Below are positions 19,444 to 29,218 of a stretch of DNA of 37,126 bases, piece after piece. This stretch comes from Terriglobales bacterium. Its GTDB lineage: Bacteria > Acidobacteriota > Terriglobia > Terriglobales > SCQP01. The position numbers and the translations under genes were made by a program. The stretch lies in the NCBI GenBank assembly GCA_025450725.1, contig JANWLQ010000195.1, forward strand, positions 1 through 37,126, read 5' to 3'. The notes beneath the pieces were generated by a model. It had not been told where the DNA came from and ran no database searches. It was given only the letters and a program-made list of their open reading frames with translations. How positions within the stretch are numbered: the stretch's first letter is position 1; every line of letters begins with the position of its first letter.

Positions 19444-20531
19444 AATGAGCTTTCTCCCAGGATGCGGTGAAACAACTCGCCCACCACGGTCACCGCCGCC
19501 AACGCGCGCTGGTACTCCATGCGGGTCGAGCCCAGAATTCCGATCGCGCCAGCGTAGCTGCCGTATTTGTAACGGCTACTGATCAGGGAGCATTCCGGCA
19601 TTTGGTCAAGACCTACCTGCACGCGTACCGCGCCGTGGCCGAGTTCGACGGTGTCCCGGGCCGGGCTGCTTTCTTCGCTGGCGGCCAGCAGGCGGAGCCA
19701 GCGCTCTTTTTGGTTGAGTTGGGCCAGTAGTTCACCGAGTTTGTCGCCGTCCAATAAGCCCGCCAAATGTTGGGCGCCTTCGAGGTAAACGGCTCCGGAG
19801 TCTTCCATTTCGAGAACGCCGCTGTGCGAGAGCACGACCACACGCTTCAGCAATTCGTCGTAGGCGGCGCGCTCCTCTTCCAGCCGATGCCGCAGTTCGC
19901 GGCGAATGGCGCTCAGCGTCGAACCGGCGAAATTGAGGTTGAAGTAGCGCGCCGCCGCATCCAGCTCGGCTTGGCTATAGGCGTCGGGAAGCCGGTTGAT
20001 GCGCTCGCGCACCTGGCCGTCGGTGGCAACCAGAATCGCCAGCACGCGGTGGTCGGTGAGCCGAAAGAAGCGTAACTGCTTTAGCCCGGTGTCATGCCAA
20101 GGCTTGACGGTAATGACGCCTACCTGGCGCGCGGTGTCGGAGAGAAACTCCGACGCAAGACGCCAGAGTGTCGCCTCATCACTGGCTTCGAGCAGGGCTC
20201 GTTCCAGGCGGAAGCTTCCGTCACGAAAGGCTTTATCATCCAGGCTGGCCTTGTCGGCACCCGAGCCCGACGCGGCCGTCCGCTCGAGCCACCAGCAGAT
20301 GGCCTTGCTGGTCGGAATGCGCCCGGCCGAGGTATGAGGCTGACGCAAGTAGCCGGCCTGCTCCAAATTAGCCAGGACGTGGCGGATGGTCGCCGAACTG
20401 GGACTATCGGGCCGCATCTCGGCCAACGTGCGCGAGCCCACCGGGACGCCACCGGCCAGGTAGCTGTCCAGAACTCCTTGCAGGATTACCGCTTCCCGCT
20501 CAGCCAGCCGATCCTGATTGACTTCTCGCAC
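19440..20531 (-). CDS. hrcA: Heat-inducible transcription repressor HrcA
   Basis: 363 aa. N-terminal winged-helix REAVILQGVLDSYLAGGVPVGSRTLA, with the rest typical of HrcA. GTG start. Confidence 0.9.
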   Translation of the reverse strand: MREVNQDRLAEREAVILQGVLDSYLAGGVPVGSRTLAEMRPDSPSSATIRHVLANLEQAGYLRQPHTSAGRIPTSKAICWWLERTAASGSGADKASLDDKAFRDGSFRLERALLEASDEATLWRLASEFLSDTARQVGVITVKPWHDTGLKQLRFFRLTDHRVLAILVATDGQVRERINRLPDAYSQAELDAAARYFNLNFAGSTLSAIRRELRHRLEEERAAYDELLKRVVVLSHSGVLEMEDSGAVYLEGAQHLAGLLDGDKLGELLAQLNQKERWLRLLAASEESSPARDTVELGHGAVRVQVGLDQMPECSLISSRYKYGSYAGAIGILGSTRMEYQRALAAVTVVGELFHRILGESSL

Positions 20532-20536
20532 ACTCC

Positions 20537-20565
20537 ATTATAACAACTCGGACAGCGCGCGATAA
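20537..20565 (-). promoter_or_regulatory. Candidate extended -10 promoter for hrcA-grpE-dnaJ, overlapping the ald stop codon
   Basis: The minus strand reads TTATCG-17 nt-(TGt)TATAAT-ggagt-GTG. This is a perfect TATAAT with an upstream TGn, only 5 nt from the hrcA GTG, so the leader would be absent or only 1-2 nt. Confidence 0.45.
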
Positions 20566-21650
20566 GGGCGTTTCTGCGCCGCCGCGACCGCTTCATAGGT
20601 CAATGCGCCCTGGTAGGTGTTGACGCCGGCGTGCAGCCCGGCATCGCGCCGTACCGCCTCGGCAAAGCCATGATCGGCCAATTGGCGAACATAGGCGAAA
20701 GTCACGTTGGTCAACGCCAGCGTCGAGGTGCGGGGCACCGCCGCTGGCATGTTGGTTACGCAGTAGTGGACGACATCGTGCAGGACGTAGGACGGGTGGG
20801 TGTGGGTGGTGGGATGAGCGGTTTCAATGCAGCCACCCTGATCAATGGCGACGTCCACGATCACCGCGCCGCGCTTCATCCGCCTGACCATGTCGGTGGA
20901 GACGATCTTGGGGGCGGAGGCGCCCGGGATCAGCACCGCGCCGATCAACAGGTCGGCTTCGGCCACCGCCTCGGCGATGGTCGAGGGGTTGGCGGCGAGC
21001 GTGAGCACGCGTCCGCCGAAGAGGTCGTCAATTTGGCGCAAACGCGCGGCGCTGCGGTCGGCAATGGTTACCACCGCTCCCATGCCGGTCGCCATCTTGG
21101 CCGAGTTGGTGCCGACGATGCCGCCACCCAGCACAAGCACGCGCGCCGGTGGCACGCCGGGGACGCCGCCGAGCAGCATGCCGCGGCCGCCGTAGCGGCG
21201 CTCGAGATATTGGGCGCCGACCTGCACGGCTAAGCGGCCGGCGACTTCGCTCATGGGTTCGAGCAGCGGGAGGCCGCCGCCGTGCCCTTCCACGGTTTCA
21301 TAGGCCACTGCTGTCACCTGATGCTGCAGCAGTTCCTCGGTCAAATCGGGCAGCGGGGCCAGATGCAGGTAGGTGAACAGCACCAAACCGGGGCGAAAGA
21401 AACGGTACTCGGGCTCGATCGGCTCCTTGACCTTGACGATCATCTCGGCCTTCGCCCACAATTCCTTCGCAGCGGGCACGATCGTCGCGCCGGCGTTGCG
21501 GTACTCCTCATCGTCGAAAAAAGATGCCTGGCCGGCGCCGGTCTCAACCAGCACGGTGTGGCCGAAGCTCACCAATTCGCCAACGCCGGCCGGCACTAAG
21601 CCGACACGGGTTTCGTGATCTTTTAGTTCCTTCGGTACGCCAATGATCAT
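20538..21650 (-). CDS. ald: Alanine dehydrogenase
   Basis: MIIGVPKELKDHETRVGLVPAG N-terminus, NAD-binding VLVLGGGIVGTNSA, 370 aa. Confidence 0.9.
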   Translation of the reverse strand: MIIGVPKELKDHETRVGLVPAGVGELVSFGHTVLVETGAGQASFFDDEEYRNAGATIVPAAKELWAKAEMIVKVKEPIEPEYRFFRPGLVLFTYLHLAPLPDLTEELLQHQVTAVAYETVEGHGGGLPLLEPMSEVAGRLAVQVGAQYLERRYGGRGMLLGGVPGVPPARVLVLGGGIVGTNSAKMATGMGAVVTIADRSAARLRQIDDLFGGRVLTLAANPSTIAEAVAEADLLIGAVLIPGASAPKIVSTDMVRRMKRGAVIVDVAIDQGGCIETAHPTTHTHPSYVLHDVVHYCVTNMPAAVPRTSTLALTNVTFAYVRQLADHGFAEAVRRDAGLHAGVNTYQGALTYEAVAAAQKRPYRALSELL

Positions 21651-21665
21651 TGTTTCTCCGGTTGC

Positions 21666-23162
21666 TTATTCCTGGGTATCAATTTGGGCGCGCTGCAGGT
21701 GCCCGCTGTAATCCACGTAGAGCGTCTTCCATTCGCTGTAAACGTCCAACGTCGCCATTCCGCTCTCGCGATGGCCGTTGCCGGTATTGCGCATGCCGCC
21801 GAAGGGCAGATGCACTTCGGCGCCGATGGTGGGCGCATTGATGTAGACGATACCGCTCTCGAGGTCGCGCAGGGCACGGAACGCGGCATTGACGTTGGCG
21901 GTGTAGAGCGAGGATGACAAACCGTAGCCGACGCCGTTGGCGATGGCGATGGCCTCGTCCAGGCCGTCGCAGGGCATGATCGTGACCACCGGGCCAAAGA
22001 TTTCTTCCTGGGCGATGCGCATTGAGGGCTTGGCGTCGGCAAAGATGGTGGGCGCGAAGAAGTGCCCGTGCGCGAGCTCCCCTTGGTTTAGCGCGGCGCC
22101 GCCGATCACCAGACGCGCGCCTTCATTCCGACCAATGGCCACGTACTCGGCAATGCGCTCAAGCTGGCGCGCGTTGACGATGGGGCCTACCTGGTGCGCT
22201 TCGTCGAGGCCGTTGCCGATCTTCAACTCGCGGGTGCGTTCTGTCATGCGCTGCACGAACTTCGAGTAAACGCTACGCTCGACCACGATGCGGCTGGTCG
22301 CGGTGCAGCGCTGTCCGCTGGTGCCAAACGCACCCCAGAGCGAGCCGTCAACAGCCACGTCAAGGTCAGCGTCGGCCATGACCAGGATGGCATTCTTACC
22401 GCCGAGCTCGAGGTTGCAGTGCTTAAAGCGCGCCGCGGCTTGCTGGCCCACCTGCCGCCCGACCGTGGTCGAGCCGGTAAAGCTGACGATGCGGGTGCGT
22501 TCGTCGTTGACGAGAACGGCGCCAACTTCGGCGCCCCGTCCCATGACGATGTTGACGACGCCGGGCGGGAGTCCGGCCTCGATCAAAATCCTGACCAGAT
22601 TGAGCGAGGAAAGGGGCGTATCCTCGGCCGGCTTGAGCACGGCGGTGTTGCCGCACAGCAGGCAGGGCGCCAGTTTCCAACTCGGAATCGCCATGGGGAA
22701 ATTCCAGGGCGTGATCAAACCGGCGACGCCGATGGGCGCGCGGGTGGTCATGCAAACTTTGTTGGCCAGCTCCGACGGCGTGGTCTGTCCGTACAGCCGG
22801 CGGCCCTCGCCGGCCATAAAGTAGAGCATGTCAATGGCTTCTTGCACATCGCCGCGGGTCTCGACCAAAACCTTGCCCATTTCGCGCGTCATGTCGCGCG
22901 CGAAGGCCTCTTTGCGCTGAACGAGCAACTCCGCCGCGCGATACAGGATTTCCGCGCGGCGCGGTGCGGGCGTCAGCCGCCAGGCCGGATAGGCCTTCTG
23001 CGCGGCGGCGATGGCGGCCTCCGCGTCCTCGGCGTTGGAAGCCGGGTAGATGGCGACGAGTTCACGAGAATCGGCCGGATTATGCCGCTCGAGGTAAGCG
23101 CCCGAACGCGGCTCGACCCACTCACCGCCGATAAGATTCTTCAGCCGCTCTGGTTTGGCCAT
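21666..23162 (-). CDS. NAD(P)-dependent aldehyde dehydrogenase family protein
   Basis: 498 aa. [15 protein letters not shown] (catalytic Glu) and [10 protein letters not shown] (catalytic Cys). The substrate cannot be determined from sequence. Confidence 0.85.
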   Translation of the reverse strand: MAKPERLKNLIGGEWVEPRSGAYLERHNPADSRELVAIYPASNAEDAEAAIAAAQKAYPAWRLTPAPRRAEILYRAAELLVQRKEAFARDMTREMGKVLVETRGDVQEAIDMLYFMAGEGRRLYGQTTPSELANKVCMTTRAPIGVAGLITPWNFPMAIPSWKLAPCLLCGNTAVLKPAEDTPLSSLNLVRILIEAGLPPGVVNIVMGRGAEVGAVLVNDERTRIVSFTGSTTVGRQVGQQAAARFKHCNLELGGKNAILVMADADLDVAVDGSLWGAFGTSGQRCTATSRIVVERSVYSKFVQRMTERTRELKIGNGLDEAHQVGPIVNARQLERIAEYVAIGRNEGARLVIGGAALNQGELAHGHFFAPTIFADAKPSMRIAQEEIFGPVVTIMPCDGLDEAIAIANGVGYGLSSSLYTANVNAAFRALRDLESGIVYINAPTIGAEVHLPFGGMRNTGNGHRESGMATLDVYSEWKTLYVDYSGHLQRAQIDTQE

Positions 23163-23199
23163 GCGTTATCCAGTGTAACGCGGCCACGGGACGAGGTGT

Positions 23200-23799
23200 T
23201 TACCAGACGAACGGGATCAGGGCCCAGGTGCGGGCAATGTAATCGCGGTACGGTTGGCCGAAATGTTCGAGCAGCGCTTCTTGCTCAACCTGAATGCGGC
23301 GGGCGTAGGCGATCAGGCTGAACACGACGACGCACGCGAGGCTCACCCAGTTGTCGAGAGCCAAACCGATGCCGCTGACGATCAGCAGGGCGCCGCTGTA
23401 GCTGGGGTTTCGAATCTTGCGATAAGGGCCGCTGGTGATCATGCGGTGCTCGCCCTGGATGACCACCGAGGTGCGGAAGTACCGGCCCAGTGTGCGCACG
23501 GACCACCAGCGCAGCCAAAGCCCGATCCAGAGCACGGCAATGCCGGTCGCGAACACGGCCCGCGCGTGGGAGTGAATCGTCTCGCCGGCAGCCCAGTACA
23601 TGGCGGAAAACGCGAGGTAGAAGCCGATCCACATTGAGATGACGATCCAAATGCGGCTGCCACGGTCGCGGTCCTGCCCTTTCGTGCCGCCGAGCTCGCG
23701 CCCCCATACCCAGCCCTCGAGCACGGCGAATGCGGCGAAGCTGCCCCAGAAGATAACTACAAAGAGCGGGCGGGAGAACACCAACGGAATACTATGCAT
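23200..23799 (-). CDS. Isoprenylcysteine carboxyl methyltransferase (ICMT) / phospholipid methyltransferase-family membrane protein
   Basis: Taken from the internal ATG at 23799 (MHSIPLVFSRPLFVV...). Multiple TM helices and GPYRKIRNPSYSGALL, the typical ICMT-family motif. The part of the track ORF upstream of 23799 is Arg/Pro-rich junk. Confidence 0.75.
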   Translation of the reverse strand: MHSIPLVFSRPLFVVIFWGSFAAFAVLEGWVWGRELGGTKGQDRDRGSRIWIVISMWIGFYLAFSAMYWAAGETIHSHARAVFATGIAVLWIGLWLRWWSVRTLGRYFRTSVVIQGEHRMITSGPYRKIRNPSYSGALLIVSGIGLALDNWVSLACVVVFSLIAYARRIQVEQEALLEHFGQPYRDYIARTWALIPFVW

Positions 23800-23836
23800 G
23801 CGCGGCCTCTCTCGCAGGCATTGTATACGAACTCGA

Positions 23837-24565
23837 TCAGGCGAGCGCGGCCAGAGCCTGCAACGGTTCGTCGAAGGAGCAGGAGCCGAAGCCGGTGAAC
23901 TGGCGGCGCAGAGCGACCAGCATCTCGCGCGACCAGTGCGCGCCAGCCCAGCGAATCTCGTGTTCGCCGAAATGCAGGTCGTCCTTGGATTGGAGCGCCA
24001 GAACCGCCACGGCGGCCGGCGGTCTGGAGCCGTCAATCAACAGCGCCGCCGCCAGCATGACGTTCAAGTAGCCATGCATGACGGCACGCGGGGCATCGGC
24101 GGCATAGGTGAGCGGATACTCGCCGCGCAGGGCATGATGCAATCCGGCCGTGGCTTTACAGCCGAGACCGAGGCGGGCGCAGGTGACGAGGAAATGGGCC
24201 ACCAACTCAAGCGAGGGGATCGCCTCGGCGCGCACGCCGCCGGTGCGCAGCTTGGCGCGTTTGCCCTCGGCCCGCACGTGTTGCGCCATGGTCTCGAAAT
24301 CGGGCGCCGCCGGATTGAGTTCAACGAAAGCTCCGTCCTCGCCGCAGTCTTCGATTCCCGAGCCGACCACGGCAAGCGGGGGCGTGGGGCCGCGCCGCTT
24401 CAGTGTGTCCACCGCCGATGCGGGAACGACAAAGCGCCCCAGCGCCCAACGATTCTCCCCGGCCGCGTAGCGGGTGTAATTCGCCGCCGCCCGCTCCAGC
24501 GGCAATTGCGCCGGCGGAAACATTCCGGCGTAGTCAATGGCACCGGAGAGCAGCAGCCGCTGCAT
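23837..24565 (-). CDS. Hypothetical protein, 242 aa, no family recognised
   Basis: The ATG at 24565 lies 17 nt downstream of the hmgA stop, whereas the track start at 24628 would overlap hmgA. Notable strings are IDYAGMFPPAQLPL, GCKATAGLHHALRGEY and C-terminal FGSCSFDEP. Codon usage looks like that of its neighbours. Confidence 0.6.
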   Translation of the reverse strand: MQRLLLSGAIDYAGMFPPAQLPLERAAANYTRYAAGENRWALGRFVVPASAVDTLKRRGPTPPLAVVGSGIEDCGEDGAFVELNPAAPDFETMAQHVRAEGKRAKLRTGGVRAEAIPSLELVAHFLVTCARLGLGCKATAGLHHALRGEYPLTYAADAPRAVMHGYLNVMLAAALLIDGSRPPAAVAVLALQSKDDLHFGEHEIRWAGAHWSREMLVALRRQFTGFGSCSFDEPLQALAALA

Positions 24566-24582
24566 GGGGCCAAAGGTCGCGA

Positions 24583-25767
24583 TCACAGGCCGCCGGTGAG
24601 CGGATGGGCGCCGCTTGGCTCGATCCACGAGCGGAAGTACTGTTTGTCCTCAATCGCCAGCGCCGGCATGGCGACTTGCAGCGGGCGGAAAGTGTCCATC
24701 ATCACCGCCAGCTCGCTGGTCTTGGGCTTGCCCAGTGACTCCTCCGTCCGTCCCGGGTGCGGCCCGTGCGGAATGCCGTCGGGATGCAAGGTAATAGAAC
24801 CGTACTCAATTCCCTTCCGGCTCATGAATTCGGAGTTGGCGTAGTAGAGCACCTCGTCGGACATGACGTTGGAATGGTTGTAGGGTGCGGGCACGCCCTG
24901 CGCGTCGAAGTCGAATGGACGCGGGCAGAAAGAGCAGACGACGAAACCATCTCCCTCGAAGGTCTGGTGCACGGGGGGCGGCAAATGGAAGCGTCCCACG
25001 CGCGGTTCGAAATCAGCGATGTTGAAGGCGTAGGGATAGTAGAAGCCGTCCCATCCGACGACGTCGAAGGGATGGTGATCGAGTATGACTTCTTGGAGGC
25101 GCTCGCCTTTTTTGATCACCAGCTTGAACTCACCCGCCTCATCGTGGACGGGCAGTTCCTCCGGGGGGCGGAAGTCGCGTTCGGAGTAGGGGCTGCTCTC
25201 GAGCAGCTGGCCATACTCGTTGCGGTAGCGCTTGGGAGTGCGGATATAGCCGGGGCTCTCCATGAGCAAACACTTCGCCTCGCCGTTGAACACGAAGCGG
25301 TGCAGGATACCGCGCGGCACAACCACGTAATCGCCGCGCCGTATCCGGAGCGATCCCATTTGCGATTCAAGCGTGCCCTCGCCATCTGAGATGTAGACCA
25401 ATTCGTCGGCCGAGGCGTTGCGGTAGAAGAACGGATCGGTCCCGGTCGCGCGCGCAAACCACATACTGACATCGTTGTTGAAGAGCAGCGGCTGACGGTC
25501 GAGGGTGAGGCTCTTGCCCTTGCCGATCTGGGCGGTTTTAAAATGACGGTGGCGGAAGGTCGGCTCCGGGTCGGCGACCAGGGCGACGTCCTTGAGGTGG
25601 CGAATGGCTTCGACCCGGGTCGGCGCATGCAGGTGATAGAGCAGCGTCGAGGGCCCGACGAAGCCGTGGTTGCCGACCAGTTCCTCGGGATGGAGCGAGC
25701 CATCGCTTTTGCGGAAAATGCTATGCCGCTTCGCCGGAAGGGTTCCCAAACGATGGTAGGTCGGCAT
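24583..25767 (-). CDS. hmgA: Homogentisate 1,2-dioxygenase (short bacterial type)
   Basis: 394 aa. MPTYHRLGTLPAKRHSIFRKSDGSLHPEELVGNHGFVGPSTLLYHLHAPT matches the N-terminus of short HmgA proteins. The start abuts the hppD stop (TAGATG). Confidence 0.85.
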   Translation of the reverse strand: MPTYHRLGTLPAKRHSIFRKSDGSLHPEELVGNHGFVGPSTLLYHLHAPTRVEAIRHLKDVALVADPEPTFRHRHFKTAQIGKGKSLTLDRQPLLFNNDVSMWFARATGTDPFFYRNASADELVYISDGEGTLESQMGSLRIRRGDYVVVPRGILHRFVFNGEAKCLLMESPGYIRTPKRYRNEYGQLLESSPYSERDFRPPEELPVHDEAGEFKLVIKKGERLQEVILDHHPFDVVGWDGFYYPYAFNIADFEPRVGRFHLPPPVHQTFEGDGFVVCSFCPRPFDFDAQGVPAPYNHSNVMSDEVLYYANSEFMSRKGIEYGSITLHPDGIPHGPHPGRTEESLGKPKTSELAVMMDTFRPLQVAMPALAIEDKQYFRSWIEPSGAHPLTGGL

Positions 25768-26856
25768 CTATAAGTTCCCCCGCACGGCCTGCTCGCGCTC
25801 GATGGCCTCGAAAAGGGCGCGGAAGTTTCCCTTGCCGAAGCCGCGACTGCCGTGGCGCTCGATCACTTCGAAAAACAATGTGGGCCGGTCCTCGACCGGC
25901 TTGGAGAAGATCTGCAGCAGGTAGCCGTCCTGATCGCGGTCCACGAGCACGCCCAGCTTTTCCAGCTCTTTCAAGGACTCGTCAATCGCGCCAACGCGTT
26001 CGGGCAGCAGTTGGTAGTAGGCGTCGGGTACGCGCAGGAACTCGACCCCGTTACGCTGCAGGGCGCTGACGGTATCCACGATGTCCCGCGTCTGCAGGGC
26101 AATGTGCTGCACGCCGGCGCCACCATAACTCTCGAGATATTCGTCAATTTGGCTCTTCTTGCGCCCGGCCGCGGGTTCGTTGATGGGGAATTTGATCGAG
26201 TCGGAATCGTCGGACATGACGATGCTCATCAAGGCGCTGTACTCGGTCGAGATGTCCTTATCGTCGAAGCTAAGGAAGCGCTTGAATCCGAGCACGTTGC
26301 TGTACCAATCCGCCCATCGGTTCATCTCGCCGAGGCCGACATTGCCGACGATGTGGTCCACACGCAGCACGCCGGTTTCGCGGCCGGCGATGGGAGCGGT
26401 TTGAAAGCCGGGGAGAAACTCTCCCTTGAAGCCGTTGCGGCTGATGAAAGAGTGCAGCGTCTCGCCATAGGTGTGGATGGATGCGCGGCGGATGTTTCCC
26501 CGGTCGTCCTCGACGCTGTGCGGCTCGACGGCCGGCCGGGCGCCGCGCTTCACCGCCTCGGCGAAGGCGGCGTCGGCCGAGTCCACCTCGAAGGCGATGT
26601 CGTGCACGCCATCACCATGGCGGCGAATGTGTTCCGCCGCGGGATGGTTCGCGGTGAGTGGCGTGGTGAGCAAAAACCGCGCCCGGCCCTGATCCATTAC
26701 GTAGCCGCACTGTTCCCGGCTGCCGGTCTCGAGACCCTGGTAGGCGGTCTGGGAGAAGCCAAATGCATGTCTATAGTAAAACGATGATTGCTTGGCGTTG
26801 CCCACCCAGAACTCGATGTGGTGGATGCTCTTCAGTTTTAATGGATTGTCGCTCAT
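25768..26856 (-). CDS. hppD: 4-hydroxyphenylpyruvate dioxygenase
   Basis: 362 aa. [25 protein letters not shown], and C-terminal [26 protein letters not shown]. Confidence 0.9.
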   Translation of the reverse strand: MSDNPLKLKSIHHIEFWVGNAKQSSFYYRHAFGFSQTAYQGLETGSREQCGYVMDQGRARFLLTTPLTANHPAAEHIRRHGDGVHDIAFEVDSADAAFAEAVKRGARPAVEPHSVEDDRGNIRRASIHTYGETLHSFISRNGFKGEFLPGFQTAPIAGRETGVLRVDHIVGNVGLGEMNRWADWYSNVLGFKRFLSFDDKDISTEYSALMSIVMSDDSDSIKFPINEPAAGRKKSQIDEYLESYGGAGVQHIALQTRDIVDTVSALQRNGVEFLRVPDAYYQLLPERVGAIDESLKELEKLGVLVDRDQDGYLLQIFSKPVEDRPTLFFEVIERHGSRGFGKGNFRALFEAIEREQAVRGNL

Positions 26857-26901
26857 TCTCGCCCGCCCTCCCCATTATTGTAGGCCCGTTAAGATAGACC
26901 C

Positions 26902-28731
26902 ATGCCTCTCGCCCTGGTACTGCATGCCCATCAGCCGGCGGGCAACTTCGACTCCGTAATCGAGCACAATTACCAGACCTCGTACCGGCCGTTTCTGGAA
27001 GCCGCCGCGCGGCGCGTAGGGCTGCGGGTGAACTTGCATTTTTCCGGGTACCTGCTCGATTGGCTGGCGGAAAAGCACCCCGAGTATCTTGACCGGATGC
27101 GGCAGCTCGCGGCACAGGGGCGGCTGGAACTGCTGGGCGGCGGTTACTACGAACCGATCCTCGCCGCGATACCGCCGCGGGACCAGGAGGCGCAACTCGA
27201 AAAGCTGACCCGGGCGGTGATCCGCCACGGCTTCGAGCGCCCGCGGGGGGCCTGGCTGGCAGAGCGGGTTTGGGAACCGCAACTGGCCGCCGTCCTCGCC
27301 CAAGCCGGCCTCGAATTCACACTGCTTGACGACTCTCATTTTCAGGCGGCGGGCCTGGCCAACGACGATCTGCACGGTTATTGGCTGACGGAGAGTTCCG
27401 GGCAAAAGCTGGCGATTGTTCCGTCCAACTATTTTCTGCGGCAGGCGATTCCCTTCCGCCCCGAGCCCGAGGCGCTGGAGTTTCTCCGGCGGCATCCGGA
27501 GCGGCTCGTGACCATGGGTGACGATCTGGAGAAGTTCGGCAGTTGGCCTTCGACCTTCGAGCATGTCTATCGAGACGGTTGGCTGGAGCGTTTTTTTCAA
27601 GGGCTCGATACTTTTCCGACCGTGTTGCTTTCCGAGTACCGGCGCGAGCATCCGCCCCGCGGGCTCGTTTATTTGCCGACGGCCAGCTATCCGGAAATGA
27701 TGCAGTGGGCCGGCAATCCAAACTGGAGCGGGTTTTTCACCAAATACCGGGAGTCGAACCTGCTGCATAAAACCATGCTGGATGTCAGCCGGCGGCTGAT
27801 GGAGACATCCGGCGAGGCTTATGAGCACCTGCTCGCCGCGCAGGCGAACGACGTGTATTGGCACGGCTGGTTTGGCGGCCTCTATACCCCCCACCTGCGC
27901 AATGTCGCCTTCAGCCACTTGCTCGCCGCCGAGGCCGCGTTGCCACCAGCGCCCGCGGTGCGCGACTTGCACAGCGACGGCGGCGAGGTGGTCGAGTTGC
28001 GCGGCCCACAACTGCGCGTTTTGGTTGACCCGGCTGACGGCGGCACGGTCGAGGAGTTCGACGTTCTATCGCGTCATGCCAACCTGCTGAACTCGATGCG
28101 GCGCCGGCCCGAGGCGTACCATGCCCAGGCCGATCCCAATCCCGCTCATCTTCCGCAAGCCGCCGCAGCCGCCGCCGCGTCCTCGCCGCCGCTCTACGAC
28201 CGCTGCGAACGGGCCACCGGGCGCATTTTCCTGGCTCCGCCCGGGGCCACCTTCGACGATTATCAGAAACTTCGACTGGCGCCGGTTACGGGGGGATTCC
28301 GGCGCTCGCACACCTCCGGCCGGCAGGTGGCGCTGGCGACCGCGGGTTGTTCGCGCAGCTATCGTCTCGACGGCGATCGCCTCGAAATGGATGTGCAACC
28401 GCCCGCCGGGGGCGATGCGCGGGTGCTGGAAGCGAGCTTCAATCTGCTCGCACCGGATGGCGAGGATCGCTATTTTGAGCAAGCAGGGCAACGGTTTTCG
28501 CTGCGTTTTGCCGGCGCGCTTGGGCCCGAAGCGCTGACCCTGCACGACGGCTGGCGGCAAGTTGCCATCAGACTCGAAGCGCCGGGAGCGCTCGCCTGGT
28601 GGGTGGCGCCGATCTACACGCGATCGCAGTCGGAACAGGGAATGGAGGAGATCTACCAGGGCTCCGGCTTCGCCGCGGTCTGGGAGGCGGGCAGCGTCAG
28701 CCTCAACATGGTGATAAAAATATTCCTGTAA
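26902..28731 (+). CDS. Glycoside hydrolase family 57 alpha-glucan enzyme (amylase or 4-alpha-glucanotransferase-like) with C-terminal extension
   Basis: LALVLHAHQPAGNF, GRLELLGGGYYEPILA, WLAERVWEP, and GDDLEKFG. 609 aa. Confidence 0.85.
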   Translation: MPLALVLHAHQPAGNFDSVIEHNYQTSYRPFLEAAARRVGLRVNLHFSGYLLDWLAEKHPEYLDRMRQLAAQGRLELLGGGYYEPILAAIPPRDQEAQLEKLTRAVIRHGFERPRGAWLAERVWEPQLAAVLAQAGLEFTLLDDSHFQAAGLANDDLHGYWLTESSGQKLAIVPSNYFLRQAIPFRPEPEALEFLRRHPERLVTMGDDLEKFGSWPSTFEHVYRDGWLERFFQGLDTFPTVLLSEYRREHPPRGLVYLPTASYPEMMQWAGNPNWSGFFTKYRESNLLHKTMLDVSRRLMETSGEAYEHLLAAQANDVYWHGWFGGLYTPHLRNVAFSHLLAAEAALPPAPAVRDLHSDGGEVVELRGPQLRVLVDPADGGTVEEFDVLSRHANLLNSMRRRPEAYHAQADPNPAHLPQAAAAAAASSPPLYDRCERATGRIFLAPPGATFDDYQKLRLAPVTGGFRRSHTSGRQVALATAGCSRSYRLDGDRLEMDVQPPAGGDARVLEASFNLLAPDGEDRYFEQAGQRFSLRFAGALGPEALTLHDGWRQVAIRLEAPGALAWWVAPIYTRSQSEQGMEEIYQGSGFAAVWEAGSVSLNMVIKIFL

Positions 28732-28758
28732 AAATGCTTCTTTCGTGGTGCTCTCGTG

Positions 28759-28806
28759 TACAATCACTTTGTTTTTGAACGTTATTTGTCCACTTGCGTG
28801 AGGAGG
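28759..28806 (+). promoter_or_regulatory. Candidate -10 (TACAAT, 28759-28764) and strong Shine-Dalgarno site (GAGGAGG, 28800-28806) for the HU gene
   Basis: AT-rich 79-bp spacer. The Shine-Dalgarno site is 4 nt from the ATG at 28811. The -35 is poor, so only the Shine-Dalgarno site is solid. Confidence 0.35.
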
Positions 28807-28810
28807 ATGC

Positions 28811-29104
28811 ATGGCAGCACTGACCAAAACAATGATTGTTTCGAATCTGGCCGAAGCGACGGGGCTCAATAAGAAAGCCTCGGCGCATTACCTGGAAACC
28901 CTGGCCGCGCTGGCCGTCAAGGAGACCAAGCGCTCGGGCCAATTCACCATTCCCGGCCTCGGGAAACTGGTGAAGCAAAACCGCAAAGCCCGCATGGGCC
29001 GCAATCCGCAAACCGGAGAAGCGATCAAGATCCCGGCCAAGACCGTGGTGAAATTCCGCGTCGCCAAGGCCGCCAAGGACTCCATCGCGCCCGGCAAGAA
29101 GTAA
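28811..29104 (+). CDS. hup: HU-family nucleoid-associated DNA-binding protein
   Basis: 97 aa. GFGKF-equivalent IPGLGKLVKQNRKARMGRNPQTGEAIKIPAKTVVKFR, which is the beta-arm with the RNPQTGE motif. Confidence 0.9.
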   Translation: MAALTKTMIVSNLAEATGLNKKASAHYLETLAALAVKETKRSGQFTIPGLGKLVKQNRKARMGRNPQTGEAIKIPAKTVVKFRVAKAAKDSIAPGKK

Positions 29105-29122
29105 GCCCCGGCCCGCAAACCA

Positions 29123-29176
29123 GGGGACGAATGCCACCGGCGGTCAGCCGACGGTGGCATTCGTCCCCCTTTTTTT
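29123..29176 (+). terminator. Rho-independent terminator of the HU gene
   Basis: Perfect 17-bp stem GGGGACGAATGCCACCG (29123-29139) paired with CGGTGGCATTCGTCCCC (29152-29168), followed by a T7 run (29170-29176). Confidence 0.85.
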
Positions 29177-29218
29177 GGTGAAAGGGGCGAGGCGATAACG
29201 GGGCCATTGCGCCCCACA

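Noticed and set aside
26877-26895. Promoters in the 45-bp hppD/GH57 spacer: TACAAT on the minus strand (complement of 26877-26882) and TAAGAT on the plus strand (26890-26895)
   Set aside because: These are not rejected as ideas and are used in the leaderless-pattern finding. They are not listed as separate features because neither has a credible -35 and the evidence is a single hexamer each.
26875-28011. 378-aa minus-strand ORF across the GH57 gene, and the 534-aa minus-strand ORF at 30229-31833 across nfeD, SPFH and ubiX
   Set aside because: The second ORF spans three independent, well-supported plus-strand genes and their spacers. Both have shadow-ORF composition.
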